Source: Candidatus Obscuribacterales bacterium
GTDB lineage: Bacteria > Cyanobacteriota > Vampirovibrionia > Obscuribacterales > Obscuribacteraceae
Direction of reading: 5' to 3'
Assembly (NCBI GenBank): GCA_965228855.1
Contig: CBDDIJ010000003.1
Location: 2,848,001-2,912,000 of the forward strand
DNA length: 64,000 nucleotides
Under the pieces are notes generated by a model. The model saw only the letters and a list, made by a program, of their open reading frames with translations, was not told the origin of the DNA and made no database searches. The position numbers and the translations under genes were made by a program. Position 1 is the first letter of the stretch. Every line of letters begins with the position of its first letter. Below, in pieces: positions 19,892-28,231 of this stretch.

Positions 19892-21028
19892 ATGAAACAT
19901 TTTACTGGTGTTAAGGTGGTAGCATCGATATTGGCGTTCTCATTGACGCTAATCCAGGTCTCCATCGCTCCTTTTCCAGCTGATGCGCGTGGCGGTGGCC
20001 GCGGTTTTGGCGGTGCAGGATTTGGCGGACGTGGTGATTTCGGCGAACGAGGATTTGATGGCGGTAATCGCGGGGAGTGGTCAGGCGACGGCGGTTTTCG
20101 AGATGGAGGCTCTCGTGACGGCATGGCAGGCCGCGACGCGGGCTTCGATGACAGGCCCAGAGCCTCGGACGACGAGCTAAGAGCTGGCGCCAATCAAGAC
20201 TATCATTGGTCCAACCTCCCCACGGACGGCGGAATGGCACGAGCTGCTGGCTTTGATGCTCCTCGTGTTACGAGCAATGTTTCTACCGCCAGTCTGGCAG
20301 CGCGAGGCGCAGCGGTGCGAAATAATTTTCACCGAGATGATCTTTTTACTCGTGATTTCTGGAACCGATACGACCGAGCCTGGTGGTATCCCGGATGGGG
20401 CGAATATTGGCCCTGGGGATATACCGGCTGGGGAGACCTGTGCTCGTTCTGGGGCTATCCTGAGTCGGCCGAGCCCGTGGAGTACGACTATGGAAACAAC
20501 ATTACATACCAGGACAATCAAGTTTATTACGGAAATCAGCCTTACATGTCCGAAAATGAATATTACACGCAGGCGCAGACTCTAGCGCTTTCAGCACCGC
20601 CATCAGTACCGCCCGCGACATCAAGCACCAAAAGCAGTACTAAAAGCAACACGAAACCCGGTACCAAAGCCGGTGCGTCTTCGAAAACAACCGAGAAAGA
20701 ATCTGATTGGAAGCCACTCGGAGTGTTTGCATTAACACAGGGAGATCAAACGGATTCAAACTCAATTTTCCAGCTCGCCGTCAACAAGAAGGGTATCATT
20801 CGCGGCAACTACTTCAATCCGCTGACGCAGGAAGAACAGCCCGTGCAGGGGAAAATCGATCAAAAGAGTAAACGAGTAGCTTGGACGGTCGGAAGCAACA
20901 AGACCGTTGTATACGATACCGGCTTAGCTAATCTTCTCGCGAAGCAAAGCTCATTACTCATTCACCTGAGCGGTTCTAAAACACAACAGTGGAATATCAT
21001 CAGATTGCAGCATGGTGCTAGCACCTGA
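19892..21028 (+). CDS. Exported Gly/Arg- and Trp/Tyr-rich protein ('protocadherin-like' family of Planctomycetota annotations)
   Basis: Signal peptide ending ADA-RGGGRG; YDYGNNITY..VYY; WKPLGVFAL..FQLAVNKKGIIRGNYFN..KRVAWTVG. Confidence 0.7.
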   Translation: MKHFTGVKVVASILAFSLTLIQVSIAPFPADARGGGRGFGGAGFGGRGDFGERGFDGGNRGEWSGDGGFRDGGSRDGMAGRDAGFDDRPRASDDELRAGANQDYHWSNLPTDGGMARAAGFDAPRVTSNVSTASLAARGAAVRNNFHRDDLFTRDFWNRYDRAWWYPGWGEYWPWGYTGWGDLCSFWGYPESAEPVEYDYGNNITYQDNQVYYGNQPYMSENEYYTQAQTLALSAPPSVPPATSSTKSSTKSNTKPGTKAGASSKTTEKESDWKPLGVFALTQGDQTDSNSIFQLAVNKKGIIRGNYFNPLTQEEQPVQGKIDQKSKRVAWTVGSNKTVVYDTGLANLLAKQSSLLIHLSGSKTQQWNIIRLQHGAST

Positions 21029-21121
21029 TGCCATGACCGGAGAAACGAATAGAGTATCGTATAATAGAAAATCACGCATGACCGCAAAAGGTTTTATCAG
21101 GGTGACGTGAGTTTCGTTTCG

Positions 21122-21145
21122 TTTCGCATGGCGTATAATGCGAAA
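21122..21145 (+). promoter_or_regulatory. Palindromic operator and -10 box, copy 2
   Basis: TTTCGCAT-ggcgtata-ATGCGAAA. Confidence 0.6.
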
Positions 21146-21174
21146 TCGTTTCCACCTCTCTGGAGATATGAAGT

Positions 21175-21885
21175 ATGCGCGAGGTTCAAGTCGCTAAACT
21201 CGAGTCCGTTCATGGCACGCAACAGTCGCCCATTAACATCACGGCGCGCGAGGCGTTCTCTGTTGCAGACCAAATTTCAGGAACCGGCTACGACCAGAAC
21301 TCATTCAAAGGACACGTAGTTGAGAACGCCGAGCACCACTACTTCGAGCTGTCCGAACGCGATAACAAGAAATTGCCATCAGTTGAATTTCGCTCGACGC
21401 GCGCTGTCTTGAAGAGCATCCACTTCCACGCGCCCAGTGAGCACCAACTCGAAGGCAACGAATACGACGCGGAATTTCACTTCGTGCACGACATCGTTTC
21501 GAAAGAGGTCACGGGAAACGCACACGTCCAGGAGCCGTCAACGAAACTGGTAATCGGCGTCTTCGCCAACGCGGTCAAGAGCGCGGAAGAAATCGCATCA
21601 TTCTGCAACTCGCTCAAAGTGCTCAAAGAAACCGGCAAACCATGCCCGAAGGAATGCGAGTTTCCCGCAAAAATTCTCAACGACATTCCATCAAAATTTG
21701 GAAGCTTCTTCCATTATCGTGGCTCACTCACGAGCGGCGAGCATCTCGAAATTGTTTCCTGGATCGTTTTGAAAGAGGCGATCGGAGTTTCGTCAGATCT
21801 CTTGGAAGAAATTGAGTCGCTCGACCAACCAACGCGCGAACTGCAATTATTGAATCGCAGAATCCTTTTAGTCAGCGGGACGTAG
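21175..21885 (+). CDS. cah: Alpha-class carbonic anhydrase, copy 2
   Basis: Same protein as 14034-14744 except one N/D change (ERNNKK versus ERDNKK). Confidence 0.88.
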   Translation: MREVQVAKLESVHGTQQSPINITAREAFSVADQISGTGYDQNSFKGHVVENAEHHYFELSERDNKKLPSVEFRSTRAVLKSIHFHAPSEHQLEGNEYDAEFHFVHDIVSKEVTGNAHVQEPSTKLVIGVFANAVKSAEEIASFCNSLKVLKETGKPCPKECEFPAKILNDIPSKFGSFFHYRGSLTSGEHLEIVSWIVLKEAIGVSSDLLEEIESLDQPTRELQLLNRRILLVSGT

Positions 21886-21892
21886 ACCTAAT

Positions 21893-22681
21893 ATGGACGA
21901 CTTTAAGAAAAAAAACGAAACCAAATTGACGCCACAAGTCGGTGAAGTGCAGGACCTGAGCAATGGGACATCATCGCAGATAAGCTCTATCGAGTCAACG
22001 GACTCGCAGAGTTCAATTAACGATGAGTTTGAGCAACGCATCCCGCACTCTCGCCCGAATAGTGCCACGACCGCCGGCACCACAGTAATGGCGGTGCTTT
22101 GGCTTGTATTGTTTGCGGCTTTGATAGGCTGGGTCTCCAATTATTTGATGACAAAAAGAAGCGCAGAATTTAATTCACCTGGCGCTCTTAATCAGATGTC
22201 GGCTCTAAGAAATTCAGCTGACAAGGCTGTGCTGGTCAAAATAAAGGGACAGGCTTCAAAATCCATATCAACTCCGAGTGATGAAAAAATTGTTTTTCAA
22301 TTTTTGAGAGCGACCGGACTAACAAAGTATTCGGGTATGGCTGAAGAACGCTTTCCACAGTATTTTTCCGTTGATACCGATCAAGGTTCAATTTTGATCA
22401 ATAGCTCACAACTTGCTGAATTCGTCGAGCCGAAAAATCCATCCGATCCGGCAGAAATTATCGATCAATTGCGTACTCCCAAAGTTTTGAAAATGTTATC
22501 CGAAGGTCATAGACTCAAACTCTGGACCATTCATGAGGGAGACGAAGTGACTGCCGAAGGACAAGTCGTTTGGGACGACAAGCAAAAAAGTTTTGTACTG
22601 AATGCGCCATCATTAATGGTGGCACCACTCAGCGCCGGACTGATTAAACTTCGCGTTAAAAACGGCCCGGAAACGTTTTAA
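21893..22681 (+). CDS. Hypothetical single-pass membrane protein (gene X)
   Basis: 262-aa ORF starting 7 nt after the CA stop; TM segment VMAVLWLVLFAALIGWV. Confidence 0.75.
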   Translation: MDDFKKKNETKLTPQVGEVQDLSNGTSSQISSIESTDSQSSINDEFEQRIPHSRPNSATTAGTTVMAVLWLVLFAALIGWVSNYLMTKRSAEFNSPGALNQMSALRNSADKAVLVKIKGQASKSISTPSDEKIVFQFLRATGLTKYSGMAEERFPQYFSVDTDQGSILINSSQLAEFVEPKNPSDPAEIIDQLRTPKVLKMLSEGHRLKLWTIHEGDEVTAEGQVVWDDKQKSFVLNAPSLMVAPLSAGLIKLRVKNGPETF

Positions 22682-22683
22682 CT
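22522..22683 (+). repeat. Direct repeat B, copy 2
   Basis: Near-identical to 16109-16270. Confidence 0.95.
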
Positions 22684-22883
22684 GGACTAACCGTCCTGCT
22701 GAGCGTTTGCTTCTGATGAAGACAGTCGATCGCATTGCTAAATGCAACACAGATGGTAGTTGGATTCACAAATGAGGAACCATATCTATAATTATCAATT
22801 TCAATAAATTGAATGGAAATGGGCAATCAGGATGAGTCAACGCCTGCGAAGAGGTCTTAGGAACTTGAACTTACGCTTTCATT

Positions 22884-23153
22884 TCATAACAAGACTTTGA
22901 ACAGCGGATAGATTGTGATTCGAAACAATCCGGTCGCCGCCAAACAGAGCACTGCTGGGATCCAAATTACGGCGCCATCAATCTCGTTCCAAACCAGACC
23001 GCCAATAATGGAAACTGCTATTAGGATTATCGCCGGTAGCAACGGACGATTTCGGCATACCCGCTGAAAAAGTCGACACCAAACGAGAAAGCCCAGGACG
23101 GTTGACGCGACGAGAAAGGGCCCAACTAACAGCATTAAGGTAATCGGATGCAT
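22884..23153 (-). CDS. Small hypothetical membrane protein (about 3 TM)
   Basis: 89-aa hydrophobic ORF with RBS-like AGGGGGA. Confidence 0.6.
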   Translation of the reverse strand: MHPITLMLLVGPFLVASTVLGFLVWCRLFQRVCRNRPLLPAIILIAVSIIGGLVWNEIDGAVIWIPAVLCLAATGLFRITIYPLFKVLL

Positions 23154-23212
23154 TTAGTCCCCCCTAAATTCATCTTACCGCGGATCGAATAGTATGAGGC
23201 AAGGTCTTAAGG

Positions 23213-23368
23213 TGTAAGCTCATAGAAGAACAGCGAGGATTTTATGAGCAGAAACGACGAAACTTCAATTCCGCGTTTAAGGCAAAAGTAGAGCTGGATG
23301 AGCTTCGGGACGAGCAGACAAAGGCGGAACTAGGGAAGCTAAGTTCTATCTGCAAATCGCGCAACTGA
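23213..23368 (+). mobile_element. Degenerate IS3-family transposase OrfA remnant
   Basis: ATG 23244 then frameshifted KRRNFNSAFKAKVELDELRDEQTKAELG, resembling the IS3 OrfA HTH start; TG-starting TGTAAGCT at 23213 may be the left end. Confidence 0.6.
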
Positions 23369-23434
23369 ATTTTAGAGTCTGGTCGCGGAACGCGAGAGCC
23401 AACGAGCTCTGCGCTGACTTGGAATCCCGGTCAT

Positions 23435-23735
23435 TTACGAGTCGAACAGCGGTATATTTTCAATATCCATCTTTGAGTGGAGCACCCGCACTATGAAGAC
23501 ACCACTGGCGGTACTAATATAAAGGATTACATAGTTCCCTTGCGTAATGCTTCTTAGCCCTGGTGTAAGCTCGTCGCGCTTGCGACCTACATGTGGCATA
23601 TCAACCAGTGGCAGGTTGGGAGAATCTCAATGAGTCAATCACACGCTCGGCAGCGACTTCATTGTCTTCGGAAATGAAATCATGGATTTGCTGCAAGTCC
23701 TTACGAGCCGTGTTGGCAAACTTTAGCCGGCTCAC
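23435..23735 (-). pseudogene. parE: Frameshifted ParE/RelE-family toxin
   Basis: GTG overlapping the parD stop gives MSRLKFANTARKDLQQIHDFISEDNEVAAERVIDS; a second frame gives DMPHVGRKRDELTPGLRSITQGNYVILY..IVRVLHSKMD..*; 301 nt total; absent from the ORF track. Confidence 0.88.
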
Positions 23736-24007
23736 TTCTTCTTCGCTTTCGCCTTTTGTGCTTTCAGATTGCGCTCACGCAATTCTTGAAAAACCTCATC
23801 ACCATCAACGATTTCGCCACGCTCGATTTCATCCATTCCTATCTGCACCTCACGCTTTAACTCGCGCATTCTTATCTGCCTTATCTCATCCTGTTCCTTC
23901 AAGAGTCGGAGACCTGCACGAATTACTTCGCTGGCGGAGTTGTACATACCGCTTTTGACTTTTTCCTCAATGAGTTGTTCTAATTCTGGTGATAAGGAGA
24001 CATTCAT
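23732..24007 (-). CDS. parD: ParD-family ribbon-helix-helix antitoxin
   Basis: MNVSLSPELEQLIEEKVKSGMYNSASEVIRAGLRLL..G.DEIERG; directly upstream of parE. Confidence 0.92.
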   Translation of the reverse strand: MNVSLSPELEQLIEEKVKSGMYNSASEVIRAGLRLLKEQDEIRQIRMRELKREVQIGMDEIERGEIVDGDEVFQELRERNLKAQKAKAKKK

Positions 24008-24039
24008 CGATTTACCGCCCCTCGACTGTAAGTAAGCAC

Positions 24040-24070
24040 ATTATAACAAAAATAGCACATTTTTTGTTAT
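24040..24070 (-). promoter_or_regulatory. parDE promoter -10 box with inverted-repeat operator
   Basis: Minus-strand TATAAT at 24040-24045; perfect IR ATAACAAAAA-N8-TTTTTGTTAT at 24043-24070. Confidence 0.65.
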
Positions 24071-24260
24071 TGCCGTAACAAGGGTCAACCACAGCGTACA
24101 TGACAGAAGGAGGCACACCTCCCTCTGGACATCGAACGCCTGCGAGCACAAAATTCCGCGAGCTTATCACTATGGGTTAAAAACTTGATTACGGAGCGAT
24201 TCCAATACTTGATCGGCGAGTCGTATTGAAGTCCAGTCACTTCAGAGCACACCTGCGGTG

Positions 24261-25784
24261 TCAATGGGTGGTGGCACCACCAATGGTTCCACCGTCAGGT
24301 TGAAACCGAGTCAAAGGTCGCAACCTACTCTCCGGACCACGCGGGATCGCATTCAAGCGATCGGCAAGATACGGGTCGTCAGGCGAGATTCCGTATCCAT
24401 CGACGTAAATGCGTCTGGTCATATAAGCGATCTCATCGCCTGTAACCGTTCGATTTCCAAATGGTTCAAACAGCATCGCTCCCGGGATCGCACCTTCGCC
24501 AGGTATCTCCCGTTGCGGAATATAATTGGGCGCGTTATCCGGCTGGAATAGCGGAATGTCGTACGGATCAATAGCTTCCTGAGCGCCATTTCTTGAGTAA
24601 AAATCGCGCCGCCGTGCCGGTTGACTGCCGGGCAACTCTCCCAAGGTAGATTCGATTTCAGTGACGATGCCCGACGATTGAGGGTTATTCGCGCGAACTT
24701 CTTGGAACGCTTTTCGCATATGCAAACCACCGATGCCGATGCTCTGCGCCGATCGTGTCGTTGCGAGATAAGCGTTTAAAAAGAAATCGGGCTTATCGTG
24801 ACCTGCCCCGGCATAACGCTCGACGATATTCCAGCTCAGCATGCGACCATTTGGCGCCACGGTGCCGTATAGCTGCAGGGTTCCCTTGTGCAACAAATCC
24901 TGCAACTCAGCGATGGATTGCTGCTCTTCAATCGGAAACTCCGACTTGTAAGAGGGTATCCACTTCTCATTGCTCGGTGATTGCAATTCAGTTTTCAATT
25001 GAGACGCTTGTTCCGGAGTTATCTTTGCTGGTTTGACAAAACGTTGATGCAGCGGCGTCGCGATGTTGAACATGCCGTTGAACAGTCCCAGACTGAGCGC
25101 TTGTTCACCCATCTCCTGTACATTGGCGAGGCGACCATCTTGACCGATCGTATCGATATTTGCATTCACCGCCCCTGCCACCACTCCGCTCACAGCACCC
25201 GTAGCAAAATTGGCAGGCAATTCCTTAGAGATAAAAGCAGTCAAACTCTCGGATGCACCAAGACCGCTTCGCATAAGAGCTTCGCGCCCTAATATGTTGC
25301 CGCCGTTGAGAATCGTGCCTGTCGCAAAACCCTTCGCGACGTGTCGCATTTTCGCATTCCAAAAGTCACCCTCCCCCTCGTGGATCGGAACAAATGCACC
25401 TTCAAAAAGCGCCCCTGTACCGCCACCTTGAACGACAGCCACCTTAAACAACTCAGCGCCAGTGCGGGTTCCGAGCATCTCAGCTGTCTTTTCCACAGCT
25501 ACAGGATTACTCATCGTCATTCCAACGGCTCTATACAATGCATAGGCAGTCAAGGCGCTTCCGCCCAAGCTTCCGACACTGAATGCGATGCTCGTGTTGG
25601 AGTCGTCGACGAGGTGCATCTCCGGCAGTGAGACGGAACCTCCCGATGCGTGATTCGCCAACTGAGTCAATCCGTTTAACGGACTTTGAATGGCACCATA
25701 TACGAAACCACTCCCGACATCTATCGCGTGGTCAACAAGTGTTTTATTAGAGGCTGATTCGTCCTGGACGATAAAGTCTGACAT
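24261..25784 (-). CDS. Effector-like protein: Gly/Ala-rich helical N-terminus plus C-terminal GNAT-like domain
   Basis: Likely ATG 25784; LNAYLATTRSAQSIGIGG (GNAT motif A), GIVTEIES, RRRDFYSRNG. Confidence 0.65.
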   Translation of the reverse strand: MSDFIVQDESASNKTLVDHAIDVGSGFVYGAIQSPLNGLTQLANHASGGSVSLPEMHLVDDSNTSIAFSVGSLGGSALTAYALYRAVGMTMSNPVAVEKTAEMLGTRTGAELFKVAVVQGGGTGALFEGAFVPIHEGEGDFWNAKMRHVAKGFATGTILNGGNILGREALMRSGLGASESLTAFISKELPANFATGAVSGVVAGAVNANIDTIGQDGRLANVQEMGEQALSLGLFNGMFNIATPLHQRFVKPAKITPEQASQLKTELQSPSNEKWIPSYKSEFPIEEQQSIAELQDLLHKGTLQLYGTVAPNGRMLSWNIVERYAGAGHDKPDFFLNAYLATTRSAQSIGIGGLHMRKAFQEVRANNPQSSGIVTEIESTLGELPGSQPARRRDFYSRNGAQEAIDPYDIPLFQPDNAPNYIPQREIPGEGAIPGAMLFEPFGNRTVTGDEIAYMTRRIYVDGYGISPDDPYLADRLNAIPRGPESRLRPLTRFQPDGGTIGGATTH

Positions 25785-25976
25785 ATTGAATGATTTCTCA
25801 GAGGCGTAGTGGTACTGCAGTTTTTGGTGCAGCAGGTATGGTTGCAAACTGAGCAAATGCTAACCAGCAAATATGACAATTTTGAACCAATGCGATTTTT
25901 TCGAGAGGTTCGATTCGTGTTTGCTCCGCAAAATCTAAAACGGTTTCGAGCAGTACTCAGGGTAACAATCTCTGCC

Positions 25977-26879
25977 TCATTCTAGGTTAAGCGCACCCAC
26001 ACATGGCTGAGCCTCAGTCACGAAAATCGCCAATCCTCGATCATCACTATCCGTCAAAAGCCACGGATGACTCTCGTAAGTCTCCTGCTCAAATATTCCA
26101 GACGGCTCGATCGTGCCCTTGAGTTGCCGCTCACCGTCGTAATCTATCCAATAGACCTTCACCATCATATTGGTCTCGTTCTTAATTTCGATAGGCACAG
26201 GCACGTTCCAGCGTATTGATTTGATTTTGCCTTCTTTACTTGCCGACAAGCTTTTCAGATGTTTCCACTTACTAGTGTCTGCACTGCGGTGATGGTTTTC
26301 CTGCTCGTCCTCTTCACCATCTTCGAAGTTAAGATTAACTCCATTCTTCGCGTTACTCACATTGCGACAGCACGGACAGTCCGTCGTCGGCACACTACGG
26401 TCCACGACCTCAAAAGAAACATCATCTAGCCAAAGATGTCCCTCGCCACCGAGCATGATACCAAACGCGAGATTCGTACTCGCTTTCGGAACATCTAAAA
26501 CCGTTTCGTACCGGGTCCAGTCGGTGGTGCCGACAATTTGTCGCCTGCAAAAATTATCGAACGACAATGTCTCGTCCTTCTTCGCACCATCGACGCGCAT
26601 CCACGGAGCGACCCAACCGGAAACGTTCTCGGTTTTCACCCAAAGCGACATTCGCAAGCGTTGCTCAAGGTAGTCGACTGGACTCATTTGTTGCATGAGC
26701 GTTCCCCACTCATTTTTGTCCTTCAGACTTTCGTTGTGAAACATGTGCGCGCATCGCGTTCCGCTGTGGGCGGTCGACGTGTCAATTTCCGCGTCGAACG
26801 AAGCGGGGTTTGCGCCGGACATAATCCAACCTTTCGGCAATTTTGGTTTACTCGATTTGGATGTTTTGCGTTGAGCCAT
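25977..26879 (-). CDS. CBM-like jelly-roll domain fused to a VHL beta domain
   Basis: N-domain paralogous to 12628-13710; C-terminal IKNET..VKVYWIDYDGERQ..TIEP..QETYESHPWLLTD; RBS GGAGGAG. Confidence 0.8.
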   Translation of the reverse strand: MAQRKTSKSSKPKLPKGWIMSGANPASFDAEIDTSTAHSGTRCAHMFHNESLKDKNEWGTLMQQMSPVDYLEQRLRMSLWVKTENVSGWVAPWMRVDGAKKDETLSFDNFCRRQIVGTTDWTRYETVLDVPKASTNLAFGIMLGGEGHLWLDDVSFEVVDRSVPTTDCPCCRNVSNAKNGVNLNFEDGEEDEQENHHRSADTSKWKHLKSLSASKEGKIKSIRWNVPVPIEIKNETNMMVKVYWIDYDGERQLKGTIEPSGIFEQETYESHPWLLTDSDDRGLAIFVTEAQPCVGALNLE

Positions 26880-26981
26880 CACTCCTCCAAGAAAGTGCAG
26901 TTTGACCGAAACGAATATTCTAAGCCTGGCGATTGGGTCAAGGACTCAAGAAAGTCAGCCAGCATTTGGGTTCTCAATTGC

Positions 26982-28025
26982 CTAACCCATTCCGCAGGCG
27001 CCGCGTAAAGTCAGTTTTTTGACCTGCCACCAAACCAAATGGCCACAACCTGCGGATTGCGGATACAAGAGGCTGTCGTCTTCTGCGCCGACTAGCTCGA
27101 AGAAAACCAACTTTGCTTTATCCGCCAAAGAAGGCTTGTCGAGTCTCGTATACCAGAGCACAAGGTTACGATGCGCCATTCTGCGGTCTTGGTTATCAGA
27201 GGGAAAACGATCCAGCAATGCCACGGCTCTCAGCTTTAAATTTTGCGCCTTCTCAAACTCTTCCGCAGAGAATGGCTTGACGTGCGGCTGTGCCTGTGCC
27301 CATTCGTCCATGTCAGCGGGATTGTAAAACGGTATAACTACCTGAATGATATCGTTTGCCATCGCATTGAGAACAAGCGCGATAGCCTCTACTTCTTCCT
27401 CGCTGGGCGCTTGATTCTCCTCGCACGCCTTCGTCACTTTCTCTACATACTGCAAGCACTGTTGAGCGGAACCAACCTCGCCAACGCGCTGAAACATCCG
27501 TGCCGCAATATACATCAGCGCAATTTTTTTCGGATTCTCTGGCGCTTCATTCAACAAAGCAACGGCATCTTCGGTCGCTTTCAAACCGAGAGCCTTTCGC
27601 TCTTCAAATGAAAGTCTGCCTGGTTCAGCTTTTATTTTCTCTGAAAATTGGTAATTCTCTGAGTTGAATTGATCGGAGATATCTTTTACCCAAGTAGATA
27701 GACCGGTCGCATTTGCCCCACGCTGAGCCTTGGAGAGCACGAGCTTTGGTTCGACAGACGCTCTAGGGTACAGATTCTGGAGTTCAGTTAGACTCCAGCT
27801 ACCAAATGTTACGCGGTAAGCTAATTCAAGAAGATAGTAAGCTCGTCCTTGTGGCGAAATATCTTGTTGCTGTGAGATTCGCTGAATGACTGCATCTGGT
27901 TTATCCGTCGAACTCGCGGCTAAGGCTGGCGAAGGCGCACTGACTAGCGACGCTGCAAACAACACCGCCAGTGTCGCCATACTTCGATTGGATTTGCTAT
28001 CTGCCTTTTTCGTCGTCACTAGCAT
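26982..28025 (-). CDS. Exported helical (TPR-like) hypothetical protein
   Basis: Signal peptide ..SPALA; helical composition; C-terminal GCG..ACGMG. Confidence 0.7.
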   Translation of the reverse strand: MLVTTKKADSKSNRSMATLAVLFAASLVSAPSPALAASSTDKPDAVIQRISQQQDISPQGRAYYLLELAYRVTFGSWSLTELQNLYPRASVEPKLVLSKAQRGANATGLSTWVKDISDQFNSENYQFSEKIKAEPGRLSFEERKALGLKATEDAVALLNEAPENPKKIALMYIAARMFQRVGEVGSAQQCLQYVEKVTKACEENQAPSEEEVEAIALVLNAMANDIIQVVIPFYNPADMDEWAQAQPHVKPFSAEEFEKAQNLKLRAVALLDRFPSDNQDRRMAHRNLVLWYTRLDKPSLADKAKLVFFELVGAEDDSLLYPQSAGCGHLVWWQVKKLTLRGACGMG

Positions 28026-28231
28026 GGCGGCTCATCTCTATTTGACTCGCTTCGCTCATCTTACTTCAAAGTCTCAAAAACTTCATCGACCAGAAACCTA
28101 CCGTTGCCATTTGACCCGCACGCCCGGTGCGCATGACCGTATTTCCACCATGGCTGGTCATCAGCTGTAACGATGCAGTCACGCTAAACCTCTAAAACAG
28201 AATTAGCTGTTTCCAGTATAGGTTTGAACCC

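Larger units (their letters stand above)
21100..21885 (+). repeat. Direct repeat A, copy 2
   Basis: Near-identical to 13964-14744. Confidence 0.95.
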
